Source: Entomortierella parvispora E1425
Taxonomy: Eukaryota > Fungi > Mortierellomycota
Direction of reading: 5' to 3'
Assembly (NCBI GenBank): GCA_020891255.1
Contig: BQFW01000013.1
Coordinates: 1,364,001 to 1,428,000, forward strand
Length of the DNA: 64,000 bases
Shown: positions 22,501 through 38,734 of the stretch, piece by piece
Position numbering within the stretch: position 1 is the stretch's first letter
How the letters are laid out: each line of letters starts with the position of its first letter
The notes under the pieces: generated by a model
What the model was told of the DNA's origin: nothing
The model's input: only the letters and a program-made list of their open reading frames with translations
Databases searched by the model: none
Position numbers and translations under genes: made by a program

Positions 22501-23930
22501 CCGACTCTTACTTTTCCTCTCCAACGATAAAGTATTCGTCATCGTTTGGTTCGACGTCGTCTTCTGCGTCGTGCTCATCTTCATCCTCATCATCTGCAAG
22601 CTCATCCAAGTCTGCTCCAAACTTTGCATCCTCATCAAGCAGCAGCGGACAGGTGGCGCTCACGGCAACAAGTATGAACTCCTTGACCTGCAATCCACTG
22701 CTTCCACCGCTGCCTATCCCGACAAAAGAATTCCAGGCCAATGGAGCCGACAGCACCCAAGTTGGCGTATTGGCTGTCTCTACGTCCTCCTCCTCATCCA
22801 GTTCAACGGCGTCGCAGGTTGTGCCTGGTAATGGTAGGCTCACTTCACCGGCGCCAACAGCTGCCTCAGATGTCTTTGCAGAGTCCTATCAGCCTTCAAG
22901 TTTGTCCAGGATGACAGAGTCAGAATTCCCAATACACCCATTTGAGCATCCAGTTCACACACTCTCGGTTTCTACCACGGCGGCAGCGGATATCGGATCG
23001 ACTCTCCAAAACTGTTCTTCTACTGTCTATGTGGCGGCGTCTTCTGCGGACATCAGCGAGAGACCTGTGCCGACCGGTTCATTACTAGAGTCTGCTGTGC
23101 AGGCACCGTCGGACCTGTCGAACGTGATCGACCCAGCGGATCAAACTTCAATGACCCAGACAGACATGGATACAGGTTTAACAACCACTGCTCAACAAGA
23201 GTTGGAGCCCGAACGTGACCTCGACCTTCCTGAGGTTCCCACGACGGAGCTCGGCCACGCAATGCCGGAGCCAGAAGAGGATGATCTGATCACACTTGAG
23301 AATACTGAAGAAGGTGAAGACAACGAAGAAGATATAGAGCCCCTGGACGAATCTCTGTTGAAGTGGACGCGTTCTTCCCGGTTGGAGCAAATCAACATTG
23401 AGTGCTGTTCGCAGCTCTCGGTCTCTACCATGTCTCATTTAAAGGCCTTGGTCCGAGCTCGACAACAGGCTCAAGCACAGCCATCTTCCTCTTATGGTCA
23501 ACAGACAAAGAGAGAAACTGCTCACACGAGCGAAGGTGATGAGGTGGACCGGGACGATGATGAAGAAGAAGACGAAGAGTGGATTCCAAGGGGTAAGAGT
23601 CGTGTTTGGGTCGAGAATGAGCATGATATGATGATGACTCGATTGAACATGGAGAGAGGACCACTTCTGCTTCCTCGACCTCTGCCGCCGGTCCCAACGA
23701 CTACCACCACCACAACCGCGGCCATGGAGGATATTTCCTCGAGCCATTTACCGTCCTCTACTACTGTGCCTTTGGAGGAATCAGATATAGCCCCACTTTT
23801 GGTGGATGAGATGGGCTCTGTTGAGCATGAGACTGAGATGCCCAACTCTGTCACAGCTCTGGATACCTCCGAGACTACCATTGTGCCCGAGACATCTACT
23901 ACATCTTTAGCCATTGAAATGGCTGCATGA
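19552..23930 (+). CDS. F-box / leucine-rich-repeat (RNI-like) protein, 2 exons, ~1427 aa
   Basis: Exon 1 19552-19571 (MAEESGP), intron 19572-19666 gtaag..ctctag; F-box-like LPVDLMILIFTYL..LLNCALTIRQW; LRRs LVYLDLRY, LEHLDFSN, LRVLTLGC, VELLDVNH, LRYLNISY, LEQINIEC. Confidence 0.85.
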
Positions 23931-24068
23931 AAAAAAAAGACCCTTCGATTTCAAACGTACTTTTCACAAAAAATAAATAAATAAATAAAAAGAATCTCAG
24001 CATTTTTTTTTGATTTCTTTCATTTCTTCTTCAGCATAGTGGATTTGGCCATAGAGAAGTTTGCACTC

Positions 24069-25567
24069 TTATAAACTGAAAAACTTGTACTTCAGAATCA
24101 AAGTCAAGATGACATGCAAGCCCACGACCAAGATCAAAATGGCCTTGCTGGTCTGGGCTTCAGCGCGTTGCAGGACTGGGTACATATTCCGGACCAAGAA
24201 AACACCCGAGGAGGCGCCGCCGGCCAAGATCAAAATCCATCGCAACAAGTTCCAAGGCGCGACAGACAAGAAAGCGACGGGGACCCAGACGGTCAAGCCG
24301 TAGCCATAGAGCGCCAACATCTCCAGCAAATCCGGTTGGCATCCAAAGTATTTGGTGGCGCCCCAAATCATCGCTGGAATCATGAACGCGTAGGTGTAAA
24401 TTGTTGCGAATGCAAAGGTCAAGTGTCCAATATCATAGGAGTAGGGAACAGATTCCATGTAGGCGTGAATGGAATCGATAATCGACGACATGACAAACAG
24501 GACAAAGACCACGGTTGTTGAAATCCAGAAAGGGCCTGCGATGAAGAAGAGAAAAAAAGGTGTCCAATATGAAGACTCTGTCAACAACACGACTCTTCCC
24601 GCTGACTTGTCAGGTCCAAAATGATTAATAAATACGTACCGTAGAGATCAGGGCTTCCGCCCATTACATTCAGAAAGTTATCCTTGGGAATGATGCTGGC
24701 CATGCACCTTTCCATGACTTGAGTTGTGTCCACATCAAAGAATTTGGCGTAGTAATCAATGGACCAAATAGGCTTGGCTACTGTTTGATCCTGGATAGTC
24801 CTGTGGGGGTCAAAAGTGCCGGCAGTTCCGAATCCTGCAGTTGTGAGAGGATAGATGTTTAGACTTGAATGTTCAGAAATGCAGAGTGTAAGTCCTTTTA
24901 CTTCTTATAATCTTCATGCTATTACCTGCAGGTCGAGGTTGTGGAGTGCTGTTGGATGAAGAAATGTTGCCGCTTGCAGACGGTGAGCTGGATGAAGTTT
25001 CGAAACCTGTGAAAACATGACAGCAATTGTCGAAATGTCAGAATAGGGGAAGGAAGTTGGTCCTAATCGGTCATTTCTTTTCAGTCCAGGGGGGGTCCGA
25101 GAATTAAAATCCAGATTATCTGGTGGTTTCCCAAGGCTTTGGATGTTGCTGCAATCACTCTCAGATAACTGTTCTGGCTACGTACTCTGGAACTGAAGCT
25201 ATATGGCATGGTCCAGAACCATTGGCAGTTGTTAGCAATACTGTTGTCAATTTCTCTTGGCAAAAGTGTTTCCAGGTATAACTCATTGTTCTAGGTCAAA
25301 GGACCCACAACAGTCTTTATGGTCGGAAAAGGAGGAAGCGGGAGACCGATTGCATTCCAAAGCCGAGTTCATTGTTGCTTTGAGATGTCGAGATGGTGCT
25401 GCTGTTGATGTCTTGTCATCATGTCCAATTGAGTCGTCGTTCGAACGTTTGTTCCTCGTAATGATTATCTCTGGGTTGTTGATTATCTAACCGAGTCGGA
25501 GGTCTCTCTTCTTGCTCACCTCGTCATCGTCAATCTCGATGGCGCTGTAAGCACCCTTGTTGGCCAT
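24069..25567 (-). CDS. YIP1-domain Golgi/ER membrane protein (YIPF1/2-, Yip5-like), 5 exons, ~267 aa
   Basis: Exons 25520-25567, 25186-25198, 24926-25006, 24640-24834, 24069-24535 (sum 804 nt); YYAKFFDVDT, PDLYGPFWISTT, LYGYGL..WVPV motifs and multiple TM helices. Confidence 0.88.
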
Positions 25568-26189
25568 TGTGCAGTTCTGTTCCTGACTTGCTGAGGAGTG
25601 GGAGGGATATGGACGAATGAATCCCAGGGGCATCCAATGCGCGTTCACTTTGCCAGCTTTCACTCAGTCACGTGCCATTTTTAATTTGACTTCGTGGCAT
25701 CGCGCCAACAAGGCAGGGAGTGCAGCGACGAGCGTGAGCGATTGTTTCTCTTGCCCACGGGTGCACTGTTCGGCATGCTCTCACCTTGATGTTCCTCGAC
25801 GCAGGCTTGAAAAGAGGGGGTTGTCAGGCTAAGAAGTTGTGTTCACTGGCAGAGCTGCAAGGCGCTTGCGAGGCGGTGGCTGCGTTCATCGACCCCGTCA
25901 TGTGCTGCTGCTGTGTCCACACCGTCTGGTCGTCTCTTCTTTCAGCTCCTTTTTTGCGTCTATTTTTCCTCTTCGACCTGTCTTTTTGCTGTCATCGAAG
26001 TAGCCCCTCCCCGAAAACAATACCACACCCCGATATTGACTACCTATTCGCTACACGCCGAACAGAACAGACAACACATATATAGAAGGGCAGCCCCCTG
26101 TCAAGACTTTGTTAGATCCGCAAAGAACTAGCGATCTCTCTTCAACACGCAGTTCGTGCAGGATCAAAACACTTTTAACCAGCCAAACC

Positions 26190-26459
26190 ATGAATACAGA
26201 AAGACTCCAGGACGACATTCCCGCTCCCCGGTTCTCTGAGAACTTCTGGGTAAAAGGAGAAAAAAAAAAGAAAGAAGGAATGCTGAGCATTCAATGACCG
26301 TTTCTACCAATTAACACGGTCAACATGAACTTTTGTGCATTGTATAGGGCAAGGATGATGCAGGCTACTCCGCACTGACGACACGCATGCGCCATGCCAA
26401 GCTGACCTGTCAGGAGATTCTGGGCATGTTCCAGGCACGGTATGAACTCTGTCACAGCT

Positions 26460-26490
<31 letters not shown>

Positions 26491-28965
26491 GCCCCTAGGC
26501 GCCAATCACGCGAGTTGGTTTCCCGCCAATTGGGACTACGCGTGCTCACCACTCTGTACACTATTTCGTATTAGGGCTGCTCTGGAAGAAGAGTATGGCA
26601 AGAAGCTACTCAAGTTGTCAAAGTCGCCTCTAGGCAAAGATGAACTGGGGTAAACAAAAAGGTCCAGGATGAGGTCTATTTTGCGCGCAACAGACTGAGA
26701 GCGATCAGAATGCTAACTTTGGATTCCTTTTCTCCCAATGCTTAGATCGCTTCGCGATTCGTTGGATGTAGTCAGATACGAAGTCGAGGCGACTGGAAAG
26801 TCGCACATCGAACTGGCCAGTAAGATCAGGGATCAATTGGAACTCGCCCTTGCAGAGTTTAACAATGCGCAAAAAGAAAAACGGAAGCTGGTAAAGGGGT
26901 GATTCAACGGAAGCATGAAAGAGACGGGTGCTAGACTCATATCCAATACGAATGAGCTACTAATCCTCTTCATCGTGAAATCTAGCACCAAGTTGCCATC
27001 GATAGAACTTTTAGAAACAAGCAATTGTATCTGCAGCAGCTCGTCAAGGTAGGCTCTCCTACGGTCGGGATCTACCATAATGAAAAATGATCAGATAGAC
27101 ACTAAACCTTGGAAATATCTATCTGAATGATTAGGCCAAAGAGAAATACGATGCAGAGTGCTTACGAACCAAAGGACTGTCAGCAGCCAAGATGAATCTT
27201 GTTGGCAAAGAACTCGACAAAGTCTCAATCAAGATGGAAAAGACTGAGCTCGCCTCTCGAGCAGCAGGTATTGTGCTCTGTTTGTTCGGGAAAAAAAAAG
27301 GTTCTATCTATCCAAACACCAGCGTTAACTAACACAATTGTGTTTCTCCTGGATTATGATCTGTGCAGATGTTGAATACCAAGCTAGTATTCGACAACTG
27401 ACAGAAATTAATGACAAGTGGATCATGGAGTGGCGAACGGCGTGCGACGTAGGTTTCTGAGCAACGACAAGGAAAAAAAAGTGTTTTAGTCATGATGGAT
27501 AGTTTTTTAATATCCTTTGAATTATTTTATTTTGATAGAAATTTCAATTATTGGAGGAGCAACGTATTGATTATGTTCGGACAACACTCTGGAACTACGC
27601 CAACATCATCTCTAGCACTTGCGTGGCGGATGACGAGGTAGGAGTTCTAGCTATTTACCATTGGAGACGACAAACAAGAGGAGAGCTGACTAACCTTTGA
27701 CTCTTTGAATCACGGTGCATCAGTCCTGTGAGCGAATCCGTTCTTCGTTAGAGGTCTGTGATGTCAACCAGAACTTGAGTTACTTCATCGAGACGTGCGC
27801 CACTGGTGACGATGCCCCGGATATCAGTGCGTACCTGAATACAACCACGGGAGCAGAGGGTGCGCTTGACAGCCCCGCATTGGCGCGTGTTCAGACACAG
27901 GAGAAGACTCGGACAGTCTCTGGACCCCACCAACCGATCCAAGGGGCTGACCGATCAGGACCCTCTTCTCGCCGACAATCATTTCATTCCACTGATGGCA
28001 GGACAGAGGCCGAAGAAGCGGCTTCTAGAGTCGAGTTGGCGCTCAACGTTGGTAACAATGTCTTTAAGTTGGACCCACAGACACAGGCGCTATTAAGCCA
28101 GGCCGAGGAAGCGGCAGCAAGGAGCGGTCCCACTGCCCCTGGAGCATTTGGGTCCGCCACATCCGCCACACCACCAAGACCGCCTACGGAAAAATCACCA
28201 AGAGCTGCTGCCGCCGAAATACGACCATCCCCCGTTGAGAATAGTCTTGGAATCTCGCTAGATGTCAGCGGCACTGTCAAGGAGAATCGATTCCCACATT
28301 GGCAACCTCAAGCACAACAGATGCCTAACCAAATGCAACAGGGCATGCCCCAGATGAGTCATTCCCAGGGCGGTGTACCCTATCAACAGCAATCACGGGG
28401 GCAAAGCATGCCAGGCGGCATGGTTCAGGCTCAGCCAAGGGGTGCTGGTAGTGGCCCTACAGTTTCGCATACCAGAAGTCAGACCATGCCACCACAGAAT
28501 GAGCCAGCGCGAGGGGTGGTGCAAACAGTAGATCCTGCAAGCCATAGACGGAGTCAGAGTGTCTTGCCAGCACAAGCAGCTGTAGCCAGTCAGTTCCAGG
28601 GTCCCTATCAAGGCCAGGCCATTGCAGCTACTGCAGCGATTGCAGCCCAGCCTTCGAGGCAATCAACACCGGACGGAAAACCAATCTTGTTTTATGGTAA
28701 TGTGTTCACGTTCGTTGTTTGTCTGTTGATGTAAGCGCGCTTTCTATGAAAATACTCAGACCTTTGATCTCGTATTGTCCTGACAGCTCGCGCCATATAC
28801 GACTACGAAGCAACAATACCAGAGGAGCTCAGCCTGAAAGAAGGAGATATTCTAGCAGTTTTGCACGCTCGCGAGGATGGGTGGTGGGAGGGTGATCTGT
28901 TGAACGAGTTCCGTGGTCCTGTCCGAGGGTTGTTTCCCAGTAACTTTACAGAGCCAACGGCCTGA
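26190..28965 (+). CDS. F-BAR + SH3 cytokinesis/membrane protein (Cdc15/Imp2/Hof1-like), multi-exon
   Basis: FSENFW|GKDDAGY, RAALEEEYGKKLLKLSK, FQLLEEQRIDYVRTTLWNYAN (FCH/F-BAR); last exon 28787-28965 encodes SH3 ARAIYDYEA..EELSL..DGWWEG..GLFPSNF. Confidence 0.92.
26463..26490 (+). repeat. Poly(T)28 tract inside an F-BAR gene intron
   Basis: Read directly. Confidence 0.85.
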
Positions 28966-29173
28966 GTTCCCTCGTCGCAACAAGTCTTACTCGCTGAATA
29001 ATCATTCTCTTGTCAAAACAAAACGATATCAAATTGTATAGTGAAAATGATGCTAAGTGTTTAATACAGGGAGAGAGATAGAAATGCATGCTAGGACTGA
29101 AAAAAGATGATATATTCCTTTGTGGCAAATGAGGTGAAATGACGGGTCCGAGGCTTTTCTCGAATGGAGTTCC

Positions 29174-30985
<1,812 letters not shown>

Positions 30986-31292
30986 GGTCGAATGCTGCTT
31001 CTAGCAAATGCTGTTATCAGGGTATGGATGGGTGTCTGTATTGAGGACAGGTACGCAAGGGCGAGCAAAGGGGATGAATGCGGTGAATTCTGTGAATGAA
31101 TGCTAAGAGGTACACTCGGCGGAGGATATGTAGCGTCAAAAAAAAAAAAGAAAAAAGAAATGTTGTTGGTGGCTTGCGCTTTTGTGACTGTCATGATTTT
31201 CCATGGCTGGGCTGCGCATGGGGGAGTGAGGCTCCATGCTTGGACCAGTTGCTGCAATTCCTACACCTCCGAACAGACATTGACCGACAACC

Positions 31293-33043
31293 ATGGACAA
31301 GGACCAGCAGCCAGTGGAGAACACACCACCACCACCAGAGACCGCCCCTGCGGTCCCAGAACTGACTGCCTCAGGAAAGCCAAAGAAGCGCTTTGTGGGC
31401 AAGGCCAGGAAGCAACAGGCTGCTGCAGACGGAGTCGACTCGAATACCATTGAAGATTCCGCCGTCGCAATCCGTGATGGTAATGTTAATGCGCTGAAAG
31501 AGAAGAACGCTTGACAAACGGTCGATACTTTAAATTACTGTTTGGTTCACCGAGCTGTACCAAAGGAAGAGTTCTGACATCAGCCCTCGGATATTTTTTT
31601 TTGTTTAATCTTTGCGCAGCCTCCAAGTCGTCGACTTCAACCAGATCCAGGATAGCCAACCAGGTCCCTGATGATATCTTGAATGATGCCAAGCTCAACC
31701 TGGCTATCGAGCAATTGCCATCCAACTACAGTTTTGAAATTCACAAGACAGTCTGGAGTGTACGGAAGGCAAACGCAAAGAAAGGTACCGGTCTTGCCAT
31801 AAAGGGATTTTTTTTGCAGGTGTTTAATGAACAAGTAGCTAACAAATCGCTTTATTGATGGTCATAGTCGCTCTCCAGTTCCCCGAGGGATTGTTGATCT
31901 TTGCTTGTACTATTGCGGATATCTTGGAGAAGTTTTGTGGAGTCGAGACGCTGGTTATGGGTGATGTTACCTATGGCGCATGCTGTATCGATGATTTTAC
32001 AGCTGTTGCCCTTGGGTGCGATTTCATGGTTCATTATGGACACAGTTGTCTCGGTAAGAGCACAGATGGAGGATGAGAAGAATGGAAGTCTATTTTCTTT
32101 GCAGACTGTATCCGGAGTGGATGTTAACCGCGCCTTTTTCATGTCAATAGTACCTGTGGATATTACGACAATCAAGACGTTATACGTCTTTGTGGACATT
32201 GGAATCGACGTTCAGCACTTTATTGCGACTGTGCGAAAGAACTTTGAGAAAGGCTCCAGGCTGGTCCTTGTAGGCGTCATTCAATTCGTGCAGTCGATTC
32301 AATCTGCCCGTAAGGAGTTGGAAGTGGACTACATCTTGAACATTCCTCAGGCAAAGCCTCTTTCGCCGGCTGAGATTCTGGGATGTACTTCCCCCCAGTT
32401 GCCCAAGGACGAGGATGCATTGATCTTTGTCGGCGACGGAAGGTTCCATTTGGAATCAATCATGATCCACAACCCTGATCTTGCAGCCTTCCGCTATGAC
32501 CCATACGACAAGAAGTTCACGAGAGAGCGATACGACCATCAGGACATGCATTCTTTGCGCAAGCATGCGATCGAGACGGCCAAGAAGGCGAAGCGGTTCG
32601 GTTTGATTCTGGGAACTCTGGGTCGACAGGGCAGCACTTCGATTCTGGAACATATGGAGTTAAAGCTGAAGGAGCGTAGATGCGACTACACCATTATTTT
32701 GTTGTCCGAGATTTTCCCAGGAAAGTTGGCCATGTTTGACGACATGGACGCATTCATTCAGATTGCTTGCCCACGGTTATCGATCGACTGGGGGTATGCG
32801 TTCTCGAAGCCACTGTTGACACCCTATGAGGCGTCTGTCGTCTTTGAGTCGGTTCCTTGGCAGGAGGTCTACCCCATGGACTTTTACTCAAACGATTCTC
32901 TCGGGCCATGGACTGTTAACCATGGACGAAACTTGAGACGGAAAGCGGCGTCTGAGAGTGCAGCAGCAGCAAGGGCGCTGAAGGCAAAGGCAAAGGCAGA
33001 CGGCGCCTCAAGTACAGCAGCCGCAGCCACCACAGAAAGTTAG
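31293..33043 (+). CDS. DPH1: Diphthamide biosynthesis protein 1, 4 exons
   Basis: [89 protein letters not shown]. Confidence 0.97.
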
Positions 33044-33063
33044 ACCATAAAAATGTACCATTC

Positions 33064-33084
33064 AAAAAAAAAAAAAAAAAAAAA
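33064..33084 (+). repeat. Poly(A)21 tract just after the DPH1 stop codon
   Basis: Read directly. Confidence 0.85.
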
Positions 33085-33257
33085 TGCCGCCATTTTTTTT
33101 CTTTTGTCTTTGAGAGCGCCAGAGGCGCACAGGCCGAGAGTAAGCGACCCTTTTTGCTCTTCGGGGGTTTTTGGTTTGCTAAGTACTTCTCTTGTTTGCT
33201 CATCACTCACTTTGCCATTCCCTTCCCCACCTCCTCCCAATCAACGAGAATTCGTCA

Positions 33258-35878
<2,621 letters not shown>

Positions 35879-36020
35879 GGTTGATTGCGGACAAAATTTT
35901 GAAGTATATAAAGCATCGTCGTCCTTATTGGAGATGGTTTTATTGTCAACTGCAAACAATGATACTGGTGAAAGAGGGACTACATTACAGGTGCGATGCT
36001 TTCAAGGTCTTCCAGGCACC

Positions 36021-36048
36021 TTTTTTTTTTTTTTTTTTTTTTTTTTTT
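36021..36048 (-). repeat. Poly(T)28 (A28 on minus strand) between two convergent genes
   Basis: Read directly. Confidence 0.85.
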
Positions 36049-36144
36049 CCCTGGGCGGCCTGATTTCGTTGCATGTAGGATCGATGTCTAGGGTCATGGT
36101 GACTCGCTGGCTACCACCAAGAGGGAGAGGGTTTGGCGACAGAA

Positions 36145-38274
36145 TCATTCCCTTCGAACATCTCGACGGAGGTCGTGATTTTGACGAGGGTGTTTTCCTT
36201 CTTGGCTTGTCTGGGTGGGTCCTTCTTCATTTCGTGTTTGTTCGCGGATTGCATTATCACCAGGGCCTGACGGAGCTGGTTCTTCACCGATCCGCTTTCT
36301 TTTGTAGATCACGATATCCCCGATGCTTGAATTTCCTTTGTGCTCAGTCTGGACCACCTCTTCCTCGTCTCGTTTTCGTTTGTGGAGCGCGCTACCGCTG
36401 GTGCTTGTAGTTTCTCCATCTCCACCTGTATGGGCAGCTCCACCTTCAACTTGCTTTCGTATCAAGACCACATTGCTGGCAACACTTGGGTGTCCTCCTT
36501 TTCGCTCGAGCGATCGAGAGGTTCTTTCGTTTCGTTTTCGTATACGGGTCGCGCCGCCACCAAAGTCTTTGATCTTTCCAGTGAAAATTGACTGCGTTCG
36601 TTGTCCATTCATCTCCATTAAGCATAGATCCCCAACGTCAGGCCGAGTATAGGCGATGTTTGATGATACTTTCCTTGAAAGATCCCATTTGTGTTTCTCA
36701 GATCTGAACGCTCGCGATCGAATCCTCTTTCTCATGAGCGCCTCTTTGTCGCGTACAACCTTATCCCAGTCATCGATTAAATTGCGAGCATCCTGAAAGC
36801 TCGGGCACTTCTTATCGCTCTCCTGTTCAAGACTCAGTTGCTCAGACAGGCTTCGTAGTCGTAGGTCTGGGCCTAAGCGCGGCGCCTTTCCTCTTCTTTC
36901 AGGCAGACGGCGACTGGCTGCTTGAGATACTGCTATGTGGCAGTCTTGATATCGCTTAGCTGTAAATGATGGCCATATATGTTCCTGCTCTACACAAGGC
37001 GCCTTGCACGGAGGAGATTTGTGCTGGGGTGGTGGCTGGCTGGCAGTAGTTGCCCCTTCAGTTTCGATACACTTCACGTCAGTGTCGCGGTCAACCTTGC
37101 CTGGAGACGAAATCGTGTCAAACTTCTGATCAAGGGTTGTGGCAGATTCGGTTTTTGCAGTTGAATGCTCTTGTAACCTTCTTTCCAGATCTTCCAGGAC
37201 CAGGTTCATTTCGAGGTGTTTCTGGGCTTCAGTTCCTGGATGAGCGACCACCTTACTCTGCGACGTTTCTTCCTGTGCCTCATATTCAAGTCCTGAGGGC
37301 CCTTTCTCGCCACCCGGGAATGTTCTCAAATACTCTTGGATGGCGCATATGACGGCATCGTCCGAAAGAGTTCCACAAGGATCGTCTAGGTGACTGTCTC
37401 CATTGTTGGCTTTTGTCCTGTAGTCGATTTCAGGACTCTTTCTGAAATATATGTGGCCAAGCTTGTTGTTATGACCAACAAGTTTGAAAGGAGCCTGTAT
37501 TGGTGAATACGGGCCTTTGGCCAAGTCCCCCAGCCGTCCTGCATATTGGGGTTGTTGAAGAGGTGTCAAAGAAGTCTGGATATACTGACAGTGGATAGAA
37601 GGATGCGAAGAATCCAAAGGTGACGGCGCCGGCGAAGGAGAACGTGTGTCTGAGGCAGATGCGTTGATCTCGGCGGCTGCGATGGGGTGATCTTTCTTAG
37701 GAACGAGAGGCACCGAGATCTCTGTGATGGGCGACCCGAGTCTCCTTTCTTTAGTTCCATCTGGGTATGTCAAGCGCCCCAAAACCTTCTCTGCGGCCAG
37801 TTCGGGAGGAGGCGTCGATGAGCGCAAACTGCTCTTCCCCGAGAGGTTGGATCCCATCAAGGCTTGTGCTGGAGGATAGGGAGTAGAAATGGTGGAGCGG
37901 CGACTTGACGACTGTGGTCCAGTTGGCAGCAAGCCTGATTGTATCGCAGACAGAGTCCAGAACGATGTCTGGCTGGAGGAAGCTCCTCTGCCATGGTCTT
38001 CTTCGTGAGCTGTCGCAGTTGTCGTTAGAGGAGAACATGGGCCTGGATAGCAACGGTCATCAAACTGCTCTTGCCGCTGTTGAGGAGCGTTGGCCCATTT
38101 GCCTGAAGACGATTCGTCTTTGGCGTAACACGAGGTGGGAGCTGCCAACAGAGCAGACTCTTGTGAGTCGATGATGAAAAGCTGGTGTGTGGCGAAAGCG
38201 GTCGTTGAGGATGAAAGAAGAGCGGTGCTGGTCGCTAACAGAGTCATGTCGAAGGGGTCAGGAAGGTAGGACAT
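36145..38274 (-). CDS. Hypothetical, largely disordered protein, ~709 aa, intronless
   Basis: Long uninterrupted frame (36145..38628); first ATG in good context (accATGt) at 38274; no recognisable domain; basic C-terminal clusters. Confidence 0.65.
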   Translation of the reverse strand: MSYLPDPFDMTLLATSTALLSSSTTAFATHQLFIIDSQESALLAAPTSCYAKDESSSGKWANAPQQRQEQFDDRCYPGPCSPLTTTATAHEEDHGRGASSSQTSFWTLSAIQSGLLPTGPQSSSRRSTISTPYPPAQALMGSNLSGKSSLRSSTPPPELAAEKVLGRLTYPDGTKERRLGSPITEISVPLVPKKDHPIAAAEINASASDTRSPSPAPSPLDSSHPSIHCQYIQTSLTPLQQPQYAGRLGDLAKGPYSPIQAPFKLVGHNNKLGHIYFRKSPEIDYRTKANNGDSHLDDPCGTLSDDAVICAIQEYLRTFPGGEKGPSGLEYEAQEETSQSKVVAHPGTEAQKHLEMNLVLEDLERRLQEHSTAKTESATTLDQKFDTISSPGKVDRDTDVKCIETEGATTASQPPPQHKSPPCKAPCVEQEHIWPSFTAKRYQDCHIAVSQAASRRLPERRGKAPRLGPDLRLRSLSEQLSLEQESDKKCPSFQDARNLIDDWDKVVRDKEALMRKRIRSRAFRSEKHKWDLSRKVSSNIAYTRPDVGDLCLMEMNGQRTQSIFTGKIKDFGGGATRIRKRNERTSRSLERKGGHPSVASNVVLIRKQVEGGAAHTGGDGETTSTSGSALHKRKRDEEEVVQTEHKGNSSIGDIVIYKRKRIGEEPAPSGPGDNAIREQTRNEEGPTQTSQEGKHPRQNHDLRRDVRRE

Positions 38275-38734
38275 GGTGGTTGCGGAAAGCAAAGGTACAA
38301 CAAAAAGGTTGTGGTGCGGTGAAGCAATGAGTTGATGACATCGCGTTTTTTCGACATCACGTGTCTTGGTGGCCAAACTGTGCGTATTGAGGACGAGATA
38401 TTGCAAAAAAGTGCTGAAAGGTAGGTGGCGCGCGTGTTGGCATGCGAAGATGTTGATCCCTTTGGAGTCTGTTGAGTCAAAGTGTCTGGGACGTGTAAAT
38501 AACGTGAGAGCCCGCCCAGCGTCAGTAAGATTGGCGGCTGTGCACAGAGAGCGAAGAAGAGAGTGTACAGAACGGGGGAGAAAGAAAGCGGCGATCGGCA
38601 GCAAATAAAGCAAACTCGCCGCCAGCACATCTGGCTTCCCCCACCATCACAGTCGTAATCAGGCCCCAAGGCGTTTTTTATTTGCCATCGTCAACGTTTC
38701 TAAGTAGAGTTTCGTTTCATTTCACGTTTTTTTA

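Noticed and set aside
36021-38274. Retrogene idea: intronless ORF followed 96 nt later by sense-strand A28 (also A16 at 45936-45951 after the intronless hydrolase)
   Set aside because: Intron-containing DPH1 also has A21 after its stop, long A/T runs occur throughout introns and spacers, and no target-site duplication is visible
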